Positions 49,962 to 60,016 of a DNA stretch of 64,000 nt are shown here, in pieces. Positions within the stretch are counted from its first letter, which is position 1. Each line of letters begins with the position of its first letter. The stretch lies in the IMG/VR virus record IMGVR_UViG_3300002052_000213, positions 1,236 to 65,235 of that record. One strand, 5' to 3'. The DNA is from a virus (lineage: Duplodnaviria > Caudoviricetes). The notes under the pieces are model-generated. The model saw only the letters and a program-made list of their open reading frames with translations, was not told where the DNA came from and made no database searches. A program made the translations under genes and the position numbers.

Positions 49962-50958
49962 TATATTCTACCTCTAAGTCAGACTCTACAAAGTCATAAT
50001 GACAGTAGATAGTACTAACATTACTTCCTGCAAATAAGTTACCAAGTAAGAAATCATCTTCCATAGCTAATATTAAACTACTAGAGTCTCCACCTGCTGA
50101 GAATCCATTCTTCATAACTAAACCACATGGACCAAACATTAATGTTCCTCTACTATACCTAACACTTCCATACCAATCATTATCATATAGTTTACCATCT
50201 TTAGTGTATCCAGTTGTTCTACCAAATTTATGAAGTAATTCTCCTTCAATTCCTCTTCTCTTTCCCTTTGGTGCTCCTATCTGCTCTACTTCAAATATTA
50301 CATCTGATAGAGGTATTGTTATTTTAACTAACCCTATATCAACTCTATTTATGAGTGTATCTCTCTTGAAGAATCTATACATTTTATATAATGTATTTCT
50401 ATATGGACATTTAAAATCAGTAAACTTTAGTTCAACATATCTCCATAATTCTCCTACTTTATCGTTTAAATCTCCAGTATCATATTTACTTGGTACTGTA
50501 TATGGAGTCAACTTAGGTAAAGTATTTTCATTTGCACAACAATGATTGTTAGCTAATATACCTATAAATTGTTCTTCCAATAGTTTCTTATTCTTAGCAA
50601 ATCCACCAACTGTACAAGCAGTAGCAGTAAGATAATATGACATACCACTACATCCTGCTCTTACTGGTCTAGGATTATCTTTACAAGATAAAGCTACTAC
50701 TTCTCCAATTTCAACTATATCAGTAGGAATACCATCTATTTCTTTAGGTACTAAATCCTTTAGAGATACAAGTTCTTTAGGTAATTTCTTTTCTACATAT
50801 ATTCTAAAACTAGGTTTATCTGGATATATTATACCTTCACTTTCTTTAGGTTTTAAAGTACCAGAAAACCCATTTACATTCCTTTTCTTTTTAAGTTCTT
50901 TCCAATATTTGTCAATTAAACCATTTATCACAGTATCCATATTAAACACCAAAAGCAT
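49951..50958 (-). CDS. Trypsin-like (Nal1-like) serine protease
   Basis: ANNHC (His), VDIG (Asp), KFGRTTG, GGDSSS (Ser), LFAG. Confidence 0.85.
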   Translation of the reverse strand: MLLVFNMDTVINGLIDKYWKELKKKRNVNGFSGTLKPKESEGIIYPDKPSFRIYVEKKLPKELVSLKDLVPKEIDGIPTDIVEIGEVVALSCKDNPRPVRAGCSGMSYYLTATACTVGGFAKNKKLLEEQFIGILANNHCCANENTLPKLTPYTVPSKYDTGDLNDKVGELWRYVELKFTDFKCPYRNTLYKMYRFFKRDTLINRVDIGLVKITIPLSDVIFEVEQIGAPKGKRRGIEGELLHKFGRTTGYTKDGKLYDNDWYGSVRYSRGTLMFGPCGLVMKNGFSAGGDSSSLILAMEDDFLLGNLFAGSNVSTIYCHYDFVESDLEVEYIVP

Positions 50959-51247
50959 GTAAAACTAATGTTATAATTATACCACCAGCAACAGCTCCAG
51001 AAATTGAAAATATTAATTCTCTCCAATCTCTTCTTTTTTTCTTATTTTCATTTTTAATTTCTTTCATATATGAATTAAAATTATCTGTACATGAGTCCAT
51101 TTTATCTGACAATGTAGTAAATTTATCTTCAATCATTTCAGTTATTCTTAGAAATCTCTCATTACAGAATTTAGCTGTTATAAAATGTGGATTAGTTGGG
51201 TTTTCATAATCAACACTATTTTCATCACTCATGATATTCACCAGCAT
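50942..51247 (-). CDS. Coiled-coil protein with C-terminal TM (holin-like)
   Basis: Coiled coil, basic patch, single C-terminal hydrophobic helix. Confidence 0.5.
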   Translation of the reverse strand: MLVNIMSDENSVDYENPTNPHFITAKFCNERFLRITEMIEDKFTTLSDKMDSCTDNFNSYMKEIKNENKKKRRDWRELIFSISGAVAGGIIITLVLHAFGV

Positions 51248-53697
51248 TATACAAATTTAGTAAGAGGTACATATCCTTTTACTTCCTTCTCCAATTTATC
51301 AATATTTATATCAATTAAAGATAATATATCCTCACTTTTATTTATTACTGTTTTCTCTTTCATTATTTCATAATCTACAGTAAATCCTTCTGGTATTTCT
51401 TCTACTTTATTAAATGCTATTGCATCTACTTTATGTTGTCTAGTTCCTTCTCTAGTTGTTACTGAAAACATAGTTGGATATTGTTCTGGTATATCCTTAA
51501 TATATGCTAAGTAAAATCTCTTACCAACTTCTAATGGAATATGTAGGATATCCCTAGAATATAGAAATGCTTTAAGATGGTATGATGGAGTTTTATAATC
51601 TTCTGGTTTCTGAGTTAATCTTAATGGCATAGCTATGTCCTGTATAGTTTTACTGTTAAAATTATCACAATAATCTAGAAATGTTCTCTCTACTTCATAT
51701 GAAGTAGCACCATTTAAAATTTTCTTAAGTAATATTTCTTGTACTTCTTGAGTAACTACAGCTTGATCTCGTTTTACTAACTCTAGTCCTTTCCACTCAT
51801 AAGTTCCATCTTCTCTCTTTCCACCATATCTTTTCTTAGTTAATAAAGCTAATGTAGTAAATAATTTATCTTTCTCTAATTCTAATGAACTAGAAGTTTT
51901 TAATTTTTCTTTAAGTAAATTTTCTACAAATTTATTTAACATAGAAATTATCTTATCTATTTCATTAGGATTATTTATATGTATAAATAAACTATCTGTG
52001 TCTCCATACACTACAGTATATCCTAATTTCTCTAGATATTCATATGTTGCTTCTTGAATCATTCTTCCTACATAAGTAATAGCTGCTGCTATTCTAGGTT
52101 CATATAATCTAGCTGCTGGTTTCCTTTCTTTCCAATTACCAGAGAATCCGAACTTACCATATTCTGCATTTATTAGAGACTTTAATCCATCTGCTACTGC
52201 CTTATGATATTTATGTTCTTTACTATCTGAAGGATATTGTTTAGCTAATTTCTTATGAGGTTTTCTTAATGGTTCTAATTTATCAAATGCTTTAATAACA
52301 AAAGAAGGAACAGTAGATGTTTGAAACATTCCCTGTAAATTTTCTATTTCAAAGAATGTTCCTTCAAATTTTCCTGGAATAAAAGTAGTATATCCTATAT
52401 TTAATACTCTAACAATAGAAGGATACATAGCTGACCAATCTACTACTAAAACATTAGTGTATTTACCAGTTTTACATTTGAATACTTTAGCTCCTTCATA
52501 ATCTATATGTTGATAATATCTTCTACTAGGAAGAACTACATTCTCTTCCTTAGCATTTCTTAAATCTAAAATATCAGCTACTCTTGATCTATAAATTGTA
52601 TCTGAAAGATTGCATCCAACTGTTCTTCTAATAGTATCAAAATAAGTGAATAATTGTAACTCTTCATTTAATATTTTAACTAATTCCACATCTCTTAAGT
52701 TTCTTTTAAATACTTTCTTATAATCTTCTCTCCACATATCAGGTACATTTTCATTATGGTAAAATGCATCTAAGTTAAGTTCTTTTTTAGCTATAAATTC
52801 TAATGTTTCAAATTTTTGTTTTCTCAATGTGGTTCTATACATTTCTCCTATATCTAAAATCTGTAATCCAGATATCTTAGCTCCATCTCCAAATATTCTA
52901 GCTATATTCATAGGAGATAATCTTCTAGGATTAAGTTTTAATGCTCTCATTCTACCTATAGTATATTTCATGTCCCAAGGAGAGAATGTAATAATAACAT
53001 CTGGTTGTATAATGTCAAATAAATTAATTAATTTAATTAGTAACTCTTCTTCTGATTTCAAATGGTATAAATTTATTTTCTTACCTTTTTCTATCAGAAT
53101 TTTTTCAAGTATCTTTTTATTTATTTTCTTAGTAGATAGTATATGATATTCATCTGTATACTCATCATATATTCCATATACTATTATTTCTCCTCTAAAG
53201 TTATCTATGTCTTCTTCGTTTTCATAATCAACTTCTATATCTATTATTAATTTCTTAAATCTAGATGGAGCATCTATTGGTCCCATAATTTCTTTAGTGT
53301 AGATGCTGTATTCTATACCAGTATAAATTAATAAATCTATTAAAAATCTTAGAGGAAACAATATATCTGCTTCATAACTTTTAACGTTTATATCTCTTAA
53401 TAATTTCTTTAATGAACCAACTTGAGGAGGAGTAAAAGTATATACTCTGGTTAATCTATTTCCAGATAAATCTCTATATCCTCTCTGAGCTTCTTTAACA
53501 TAATAATATTTGTCTTGTATAATTTTATAATCTTTATTCTGCATATAAAAATAAGGAATAAACCAATCAACTAAAACTTCTATTCTATTAAAATTAGAAT
53601 CTCTACAAAAAAGATGGAGAAGTGGATGTCTATATCTATCAATGATAGTGTCTTGTCTTTCTATAGAATAATCTACAGTGCAAACTGATAATTTCAT
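51247..53697 (-). CDS. polB: Family B DNA polymerase
   Basis: ExoI DIEVD, motif A DWSAMYPS, motif B KSLINAEYG, motif C YGDTDS, KKRY, KGLE. Confidence 0.95.
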   Translation of the reverse strand: MKLSVCTVDYSIERQDTIIDRYRHPLLHLFCRDSNFNRIEVLVDWFIPYFYMQNKDYKIIQDKYYYVKEAQRGYRDLSGNRLTRVYTFTPPQVGSLKKLLRDINVKSYEADILFPLRFLIDLLIYTGIEYSIYTKEIMGPIDAPSRFKKLIIDIEVDYENEEDIDNFRGEIIVYGIYDEYTDEYHILSTKKINKKILEKILIEKGKKINLYHLKSEEELLIKLINLFDIIQPDVIITFSPWDMKYTIGRMRALKLNPRRLSPMNIARIFGDGAKISGLQILDIGEMYRTTLRKQKFETLEFIAKKELNLDAFYHNENVPDMWREDYKKVFKRNLRDVELVKILNEELQLFTYFDTIRRTVGCNLSDTIYRSRVADILDLRNAKEENVVLPSRRYYQHIDYEGAKVFKCKTGKYTNVLVVDWSAMYPSIVRVLNIGYTTFIPGKFEGTFFEIENLQGMFQTSTVPSFVIKAFDKLEPLRKPHKKLAKQYPSDSKEHKYHKAVADGLKSLINAEYGKFGFSGNWKERKPAARLYEPRIAAAITYVGRMIQEATYEYLEKLGYTVVYGDTDSLFIHINNPNEIDKIISMLNKFVENLLKEKLKTSSSLELEKDKLFTTLALLTKKRYGGKREDGTYEWKGLELVKRDQAVVTQEVQEILLKKILNGATSYEVERTFLDYCDNFNSKTIQDIAMPLRLTQKPEDYKTPSYHLKAFLYSRDILHIPLEVGKRFYLAYIKDIPEQYPTMFSVTTREGTRQHKVDAIAFNKVEEIPEGFTVDYEIMKEKTVINKSEDILSLIDINIDKLEKEVKGYVPLTKFV

Positions 53698-54752
53698 TTC
53701 TTTTCAAAGCACTCTGGAGTTTTACTTGTAACTTCTGTTTCCCATTTCTCTTCTATTGTCCATTTCTCTATCCAATCTCTTATAGCTTCAGCAACCATTT
53801 GATTAGAATCCATATTACCTCTTCTTTTCTGTATTGGTTTAGAATATTTGAAGAGTGTTTTAGGTAATCTAAATTGTCTAAGTTCGTAATTTTCTATATT
53901 CTGTAGTACTTCCATCCTAAATTCTAAATCTACAGGAATATTTCTTCCTATATCTTTAGCCATACTCTCTAAATCTCTAGACTTAGCACCATTAATACAA
54001 TAAAGTAATACTTTCTCTATCTTCTCATAGTTAGGAATACCATTAATATGTTTACACCAATCACTATCTATAATTCTAATCACTAAAGCTCTATATCTTA
54101 ATCCTTGAGGTAATTGATCCCATAGTTTCTTACATTTTAATCTAAGTTTCTCCAATATCATAAGCTTTTCATCTAATACTGGAGTTTCATCTAAAGTTGG
54201 TTGTGCTTTCTTTTCTTTCTCTTTTTTCTCTTTTTTCTTTTCTTCCTTCAGTACTTCTTCTTTCTTATGTTCTTCTATAACAGAATTTCTTAATGCTTGT
54301 GGTCCTTTAGCTTCATTGTACCAATTATATACTGAAGGTAAACTTGCACCCATTAATTTAGCTATCTTATCAAATTGTAATTTTCCAACTTCATGTAATT
54401 CTATAACTGCTTTTCCTTTATCTACAGACTCTACATCTCTATGTTGATGATTTTCTTGGAAAGAAGTACACATTTCACATATCCAAGAATCATATTCTAA
54501 GCCTTCAAAGTCATACATAACATATGGAACATTTCTTTTAGTTTCTATACATGATAGATATCTTCTTTGTCCAGCTATTATTTCCATTTTAGGGTTTACA
54601 ATAACTCTATTTGTTACTCCATCTTCTGCTATTGACATTGATAACAATTCTAAAGCTTCTTTGTTTATAGGACTCTTTCTAACATTATTTTTAGAAATAG
54701 TGAATGCAGAAGGAGGAGCTTCTCCTTCTTTAACAAGTCTTCCAATAGGCAA
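53694..54752 (-). CDS. ParB/Srx-like N-domain protein with HTH
   Basis: NVRK...SIAEDGV..RVIV...IIAGQRR, EN..R, HTH. Confidence 0.75.
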   Translation of the reverse strand: MPIGRLVKEGEAPPSAFTISKNNVRKSPINKEALELLSMSIAEDGVTNRVIVNPKMEIIAGQRRYLSCIETKRNVPYVMYDFEGLEYDSWICEMCTSFQENHQHRDVESVDKGKAVIELHEVGKLQFDKIAKLMGASLPSVYNWYNEAKGPQALRNSVIEEHKKEEVLKEEKKKEKKEKEKKAQPTLDETPVLDEKLMILEKLRLKCKKLWDQLPQGLRYRALVIRIIDSDWCKHINGIPNYEKIEKVLLYCINGAKSRDLESMAKDIGRNIPVDLEFRMEVLQNIENYELRQFRLPKTLFKYSKPIQKRRGNMDSNQMVAEAIRDWIEKWTIEEKWETEVTSKTPECFEKK

Positions 54753-54772
54753 ATTTCATCACCAGTATATTA

Positions 54773-55765
54773 TTAGTTCCTTTGGAAGTAATTTGGTAAA
54801 GGGAATATACCTTCTGCATTTATATTGTATTGCACTTGTTCATTGAATACTCCTTTCATTATGTTTCCTGCTAACAATACTTTAGTGTCTAATCCAAAGT
54901 CTAAAGGTAAATGTTCTGGAATCCATACAGTATAAGATCCACCCCACATTTCTTCATCATCTACTTCCATTTTTCTGTTTCCTTGATCATTTACTGAATA
55001 TTCTATTTCCCTAGCAATACATCTAATCAATAGTGGGTATGATTGATTAGTTCTATCATCATTCTTAGGATCTTTATTCATGCCAAATGCTTTTTCTATA
55101 TCTGATACTTTCCAAATCTTGTATCCAGAATTCAAAATAAGATTGGCTTTTTCATCCCAAGAGAGATCTCCATTAGGGCTAGGATCAAACTTAGTTACTG
55201 ACTTTGCATTTATTTTATGCATATTTAAATCAGTCTTTCCTACAGTTCCTCTGAACATATACATTTTATAGAATTCATATGGTTTATCTTCTTTAGCTAC
55301 ATCATCATTAAAGTTCAATGTAAAGAACTTTATTTCTTCCATTTGTCTTCCTTTTCCTGCTACACCATACATAGTTCTAGAGTATGAATGTCCTTTCAAT
55401 GGTTGACCAATATTAGGATTATCTTTAAAGTTTACTTGATCTCTAGTATCAAGAGGTATTCCATCTCTACTAACTATTTTAAGTTTATTGATGGCAAAAT
55501 CTCTTGTATTTGGATTTTCATACATTTTCTTAGCTTTTCTCTTCATAAGATCTACAAAGTCTATAATTCCAGTATCTCCAAAGATAAATCCTGACCACAT
55601 TATAGCAGAACTTCTTAAACTTCCGCTTTCTCTTAGAATATCTCCTTTCAATCTATCTAATGCTTTAGCTTTGTTATCAAATTCCTTGCATAATTCTTCA
55701 TATCTCTCTGTTATTTCCTCAATTGGTATCCCTGATTTCTCAGAATATTTCTTTAATATTTCTAT
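54773..55765 (-). CDS. Putative OB-fold ssDNA-binding (RPA-like) protein, probable ATA start
   Basis: Frame is open 5' of the tracked TTG, giving KKYSEKSGIPIEEITERYEE; AGGAGG 8 nt before ATA at 55765; beta-rich C-terminus. Confidence 0.5.
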   Translation of the reverse strand: MEILKKYSEKSGIPIEEITERYEELCKEFDNKAKALDRLKGDILRESGSLRSSAIMWSGFIFGDTGIIDFVDLMKRKAKKMYENPNTRDFAINKLKIVSRDGIPLDTRDQVNFKDNPNIGQPLKGHSYSRTMYGVAGKGRQMEEIKFFTLNFNDDVAKEDKPYEFYKMYMFRGTVGKTDLNMHKINAKSVTKFDPSPNGDLSWDEKANLILNSGYKIWKVSDIEKAFGMNKDPKNDDRTNQSYPLLIRCIAREIEYSVNDQGNRKMEVDDEEMWGGSYTVWIPEHLPLDFGLDTKVLLAGNIMKGVFNEQVQYNINAEGIFPLPNYFQRN

Positions 55766-55768
55766 TTT

Positions 55769-56008
55769 TTATTCCTCCTTTTTCTTTTTAATATTAAAAA
55801 CCAGATCTTTATATCTTTCTTTTAATTTACTAAAACAATAATCTATATGCTCATTTTGTTTGTCAAATTCTAATTTGGAAAAATCATTTATAAATACCAT
55901 AATTGAATCCCAAGTATCTTTCTTCTTTTTTCCTATTAGAATGAAAGTATCGCCCTCTTTGAAATCACTTGTTTCTGGAAAAATTAGTTTTTTACCCAAT
56001 TTTAACAT
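55769..56008 (-). CDS. Hypothetical protein
   Basis: First gene of the minus-strand arm. Confidence 0.5.
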   Translation of the reverse strand: MLKLGKKLIFPETSDFKEGDTFILIGKKKKDTWDSIMVFINDFSKLEFDKQNEHIDYCFSKLKERYKDLVFNIKKKKEE

Positions 56009-56106
56009 CTTTTATAATATCTTATTTCTTGAGATATTTAAGTCTGTCTGAGACACACTTTTATATTTCCTTGCATATATTAGATTAAAGAAAAATGTGA
56101 TTTAAA
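56009..56106. promoter_or_regulatory. Divergent promoter region (strand switch)
   Basis: AT-rich gap with TTTTATAT box and TGTCT-G-AGACA palindrome at 56045-56055. Confidence 0.5.
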
Positions 56107-56271
56107 ATGAGTGAGAAAATAAAAACTAAAACAGAAGAAGAAAGAATACAATCTGCTTTAAAGTATGCAGGTATGGCTATTAGACAACTATCACATTGTA
56201 CTTCATCTAAAGCCTTAAGAGCCTTTCAGAAATGGGCTGAAGGACTAGCTATACTTGGAGAAGAAGATTAA
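56107..56271 (+). CDS. Small hypothetical protein (54 aa, not in ORF track)
   Basis: MSEKIKTKTEEERIQ...; TAATG coupling to the DHH gene. Confidence 0.55.
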   Translation: MSEKIKTKTEEERIQSALKYAGMAIRQLSHCTSSKALRAFQKWAEGLAILGEED

Positions 56272-57251
56272 TGAATATATATCAACATTTAAAAGATAAA
56301 GAACCACTTATAGTAGCAACTCATTATGATGCTGATGGATGTTATAGTGCTGCATTGTTATCTACAGTATTTGAAATAGATAGAGTATTCTTTCCTTGGA
56401 TATTTGGAGATTATAATGAAATAAAAGAAACAGTAGGAGATGAAGAGAAAATATATGTTCCTGATGTAGTGCTTGATCTTGGTTCACCTATGTCTAACAC
56501 TCCAAAAGAAATGGTGATAATAGATCATCACAAAATATCAGAAGTATCTCCTACTGATTTCTATATACATGATTTCATTCCAACTACAGGGATAATATAT
56601 AATTTATTTAAAGAACATATACCTAATGAAGAGAAATGGAAAGTAGTAGGTGGATTAGTAGGAGATGGACAAGCAGAGAAAGTTCCTATAGAGATATGGG
56701 ATATGTTTCCTATACTATTAGAAACTAGAGGTAATATCTACAGAGGACAATATGGTAAGTTTAAAGAATATCCATATCCTTTGTATAAACATTTATCTTC
56801 TCCTATAAATGCTTCATGCAGAATGGGTAATCCTGAGATGGCATATAAAATAATATGTAGAGCTACAAATCCTATTGATATTCTAGAGAATATAGCATTA
56901 AAGAATGATGTAGAATCTATAGACCAAGAAATTAGAAATATATTCAGAGAAGGAATAGTTGAAAATAATGTTACTCATTATTGTAGTGTTGTTTCAATAA
57001 GAAGTGATAAAAGGGTAGGATCTAGAATTTGTAGTACATTAGGTTCTATGAATTACTCTAAAACTTGGGTGGTAATTAATGATGGAACTAAGAAATTCTC
57101 TATTAGAGGAGACTTAGCAGATTATATAGGAACTAAATTAGAAGATTATGGATTTGCTTGTGGTGGACACTCTGGTTTCTGGGGTGGATACTTGAAGAAA
57201 GATCAAGAAAGTAAAGACATCATTAAAATGTTAAGAGCTGTATTAAAATGA
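56271..57251 (+). CDS. DHH-family phosphoesterase (RecJ/GAN-like nuclease)
   Basis: HYDADG, LDLG, IDHH, GD, SIRG, GGH. Confidence 0.85.
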   Translation: MNIYQHLKDKEPLIVATHYDADGCYSAALLSTVFEIDRVFFPWIFGDYNEIKETVGDEEKIYVPDVVLDLGSPMSNTPKEMVIIDHHKISEVSPTDFYIHDFIPTTGIIYNLFKEHIPNEEKWKVVGGLVGDGQAEKVPIEIWDMFPILLETRGNIYRGQYGKFKEYPYPLYKHLSSPINASCRMGNPEMAYKIICRATNPIDILENIALKNDVESIDQEIRNIFREGIVENNVTHYCSVVSIRSDKRVGSRICSTLGSMNYSKTWVVINDGTKKFSIRGDLADYIGTKLEDYGFACGGHSGFWGGYLKKDQESKDIIKMLRAVLK

Positions 57252-57422
57252 GAAAAATAATATGCGACAAATGCCAAAAAGTTATTGATTTAGAGTGTGA
57301 AACATGGGAATTAAGTGTAGTAAGACCTAGCGGATCTACTCATACCTATGAATCAATTTTAATTGATTTATGTAATAAATGTTGGGAAGAAATAAAGGAA
57401 TTTATTTTTAGAGATTATTAAA

Positions 57423-57716
57423 ATGAATATAACTGAACATGTAATAAATTCTCTATGTGCTCAATCTCCATTATTTAAAAGATTCTTTGATACACACTTT
57501 GAGATAATAAGGAAACAATCTTTAGTACCTAAAATTACTGATGGTAAACCTACTTTTCCTACAAAAACAGCAATGCATCATAAAGATATAACATTTGAAG
57601 AGAAACTTAGATATTATGAACAGGATATTAATGAATGGAATAGAGAACAAAAGTACTTTCCTAAGAAATATATAATGATAAGTTTTAGTCTTGAAGAAAT
57701 ATCAGGTTGGGAATAA
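57423..57716 (+). CDS. Hypothetical protein
   Basis: Co-oriented ORF. Confidence 0.5.
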   Translation: MNITEHVINSLCAQSPLFKRFFDTHFEIIRKQSLVPKITDGKPTFPTKTAMHHKDITFEEKLRYYEQDINEWNREQKYFPKKYIMISFSLEEISGWE

Positions 57717-57914
57717 ATGAAAAAGAAAGAGGAAGCTGATTTATTAACAAAGATTTTCATATTTATTGTTAGTTTAATTGTTATATGCTCTGTCATATAT
57801 GGTCTTCTTGATTTTATACAATTGAGCTTTCCTCTTAATTTTATGTATTCTTTAATAAGTTTATGTATGTTTGGAATATATCTATTTTCAATGTTAGAAA
57901 TATATGGAGTATGA
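57717..57914 (+). CDS. Small membrane protein
   Basis: Two hydrophobic segments. Confidence 0.5.
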   Translation: MKKKEEADLLTKIFIFIVSLIVICSVIYGLLDFIQLSFPLNFMYSLISLCMFGIYLFSMLEIYGV

Positions 57915-58320
57915 GATAATGAAATATCAAATTATGGAAGTAACATCTATGGAAGATTTGCTAAAGGTAAGTAGAAACTTTATATTTAAAATGAGTTTTG
58001 GAAGTATTCATATCTATTATTCTGGTGTAACTGGTGGAGAATTTGTTGGATTAAATGTATTTGTTACTGAACATGACTACATAGGAGAATTACAATTATC
58101 CTCACAAGGTAAAATAGAGAAAATAAAGGAAATGAGTCCACATTCCTATTCAGTAATATTTGTAAGTGATGACACTTTACTTAGACCAATATTAGCTAAT
58201 TATATAGTGAATAAATTTGGATATAGTAAGAAAATAATGGATCAGACAGCTAGTGTTTTAACTAGATTAATATCAGATAAAATGAGTGCTGAATCTAATG
58301 ACAGAAATACTAAAGTATGA
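57904..58320 (+). CDS. Hypothetical protein
   Basis: Co-oriented ORF. Confidence 0.55.
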   Translation: MEYEIMKYQIMEVTSMEDLLKVSRNFIFKMSFGSIHIYYSGVTGGEFVGLNVFVTEHDYIGELQLSSQGKIEKIKEMSPHSYSVIFVSDDTLLRPILANYIVNKFGYSKKIMDQTASVLTRLISDKMSAESNDRNTKV

Positions 58321-58504
58321 TAGAGTATCATACAGAACTTGGAAAGTATTAACTACTAAAAAGGAATATTTAGTAAGTTTAGATTATAGAGGATGGCATT
58401 GTGATTGTTTCTATTATAGTGTTAAAAAAAGAATATGTAGTCATATCAAATATGTCAAAGAACATGAGCATATTGATAACACCCCTGAAGATTCCTTGAA
58501 ATAG
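58286..58504 (+). CDS. SWIM zinc-finger protein
   Basis: YLV...WHCDC......ICSHI. Confidence 0.75.
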   Translation: MLNLMTEILKYDRVSYRTWKVLTTKKEYLVSLDYRGWHCDCFYYSVKKRICSHIKYVKEHEHIDNTPEDSLK

Positions 58505-58534
58505 GATGAAATCATTTTTTGATAGGGTGATTAA

Positions 58535-59440
58535 GTGAGAAATACTCAAGAAATAGAAATAGAAAAAATAGAGTTAGATGGAAATATAAGAAGTGAACCA
58601 ACAGAAGAAGGAGTTAGAAGAATAAAAAATTCAATTCCTCCAAGAGTTGAGAAAAGTCTTCCACCACTTATCAATCCAATAAGTGTAGAAAAAATTAATG
58701 GAACTTATAAATTAATAAGTGGTAAACAAAGACTACTTGCTATGATAGACTTAGGATATAAGACAATTGAAGCATTTGTATTTAAGAATCATCCAATGAA
58801 AGATTGGGAAAGCCATGATGAGAATAGAGCATCTAATGATTTATCTTGGTATGATTATGCTAAATTCTATAAACATAAGAATGAGGAAGGTATGACTCAA
58901 ACTGATATAGGAAAGAGAGCTGATTTGAGTCAAATTTCAATAGGTAAAATGATAAGAGCTTATGAAGTTTGTGAAATATTCGGCACCGAATATTTGATGA
59001 GGCATCCATATCCAACTATATATGAAATGAGTTTAGCTCCTAGAGAAGATTGGGATAAAATAGTTAAATTGATAGTTAACAAGAATTTCTCAGATAAGAA
59101 AGTAAGGGCAGTAGTTAATGAAACCAAAGAAATTAGAGATATGATTCTAACAATAGAAGATGAGAAGAAGCAAACTTGGGCTAGAAATCAAATAGAACCA
59201 TTACTTTATACAGAGAATATGAATAAACTTATTGCTATGGATATAATATTGAGAGCTAGAGGACTTTATATGGAAACTCCTGAAGTAGTATTCCATCTAT
59301 CTGATATGATAAAGAGAATGAAGAAATTTAGTGAAACATATACTAAAAATTCTGAATATAAAGAATGGGAAGAAGATGGTATTCTTAAATTCCAACTTAC
59401 AGGTTGGATAAAATCAGAAATGTTAGAAGTTGGTAAGTAA
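58535..59440 (+). CDS. ParB/Srx-like N-domain protein with HTH
   Basis: NIR, LINPISV, YKLISGKQRL.A...LG, EN, GMTQTDIG. Confidence 0.8.
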   Translation: MRNTQEIEIEKIELDGNIRSEPTEEGVRRIKNSIPPRVEKSLPPLINPISVEKINGTYKLISGKQRLLAMIDLGYKTIEAFVFKNHPMKDWESHDENRASNDLSWYDYAKFYKHKNEEGMTQTDIGKRADLSQISIGKMIRAYEVCEIFGTEYLMRHPYPTIYEMSLAPREDWDKIVKLIVNKNFSDKKVRAVVNETKEIRDMILTIEDEKKQTWARNQIEPLLYTENMNKLIAMDIILRARGLYMETPEVVFHLSDMIKRMKKFSETYTKNSEYKEWEEDGILKFQLTGWIKSEMLEVGK

Positions 59441-59898
59441 TGGTAGAAATAATGACTATTAATGAATGGAAAGAGAAATATCCTAAATTAGCTAAAGAAA
59501 CATTAGAAATACTAAAAACACATGAGCCTATATTAGATTATCTAAAAGGTAGAATGAAGAAAGTTTCTATTAGTGAAAAGAAAATATTTGATAGAGCTTC
59601 ATTACCTATAAGGATAGTAGAAGCTACTAAATCAAGGATTGTTTCTTTTAGTAATGAAGTTAGAATCTTAGATGGTAAACCTCTATCTGAAGTTTCTTCT
59701 CAACAAAGAAAAGCATATATGATACAAGATAATTTAAGATGGAGAACTGCTGATTCTTCTAAAGAGATTACAGAAAATATAAAAGAACTAAATAGAATTT
59801 CTACTAAACTTTCTAATATGCCTAAAAATGTAGATGATATGAAGAAAAATGATAGAAGAATTCTAAATAATCTAATGAAAAGAGTGTGGATGTTTTGA
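59440..59898 (+). CDS. Hypothetical protein
   Basis: Coupled ORF. Confidence 0.55.
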   Translation: MVEIMTINEWKEKYPKLAKETLEILKTHEPILDYLKGRMKKVSISEKKIFDRASLPIRIVEATKSRIVSFSNEVRILDGKPLSEVSSQQRKAYMIQDNLRWRTADSSKEITENIKELNRISTKLSNMPKNVDDMKKNDRRILNNLMKRVWMF

Positions 59899-60016
59899 GT
59901 GGCAAATATTGTGAAATATTAAGAGATATATGTCTTTTTGTTGAAAGAGAAATATCTCCATATAATTACGATGATGATATATATTGTAAAGAATATTGTC
60001 TTAAGAGGGGATAGAA

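Noticed and set aside
55769-55771. Stop-codon readthrough or recoding fusing the 79-aa ORF to the SSB-like gene
   Set aside because: TAA, TAG and TGA all terminate well-defined genes elsewhere; an RBS before ATA explains the open frame more simply
6329-55841. Numerous short plus-strand ORFs within the minus-strand arm
   Set aside because: Antisense to well-supported genes, with no motifs or RBS
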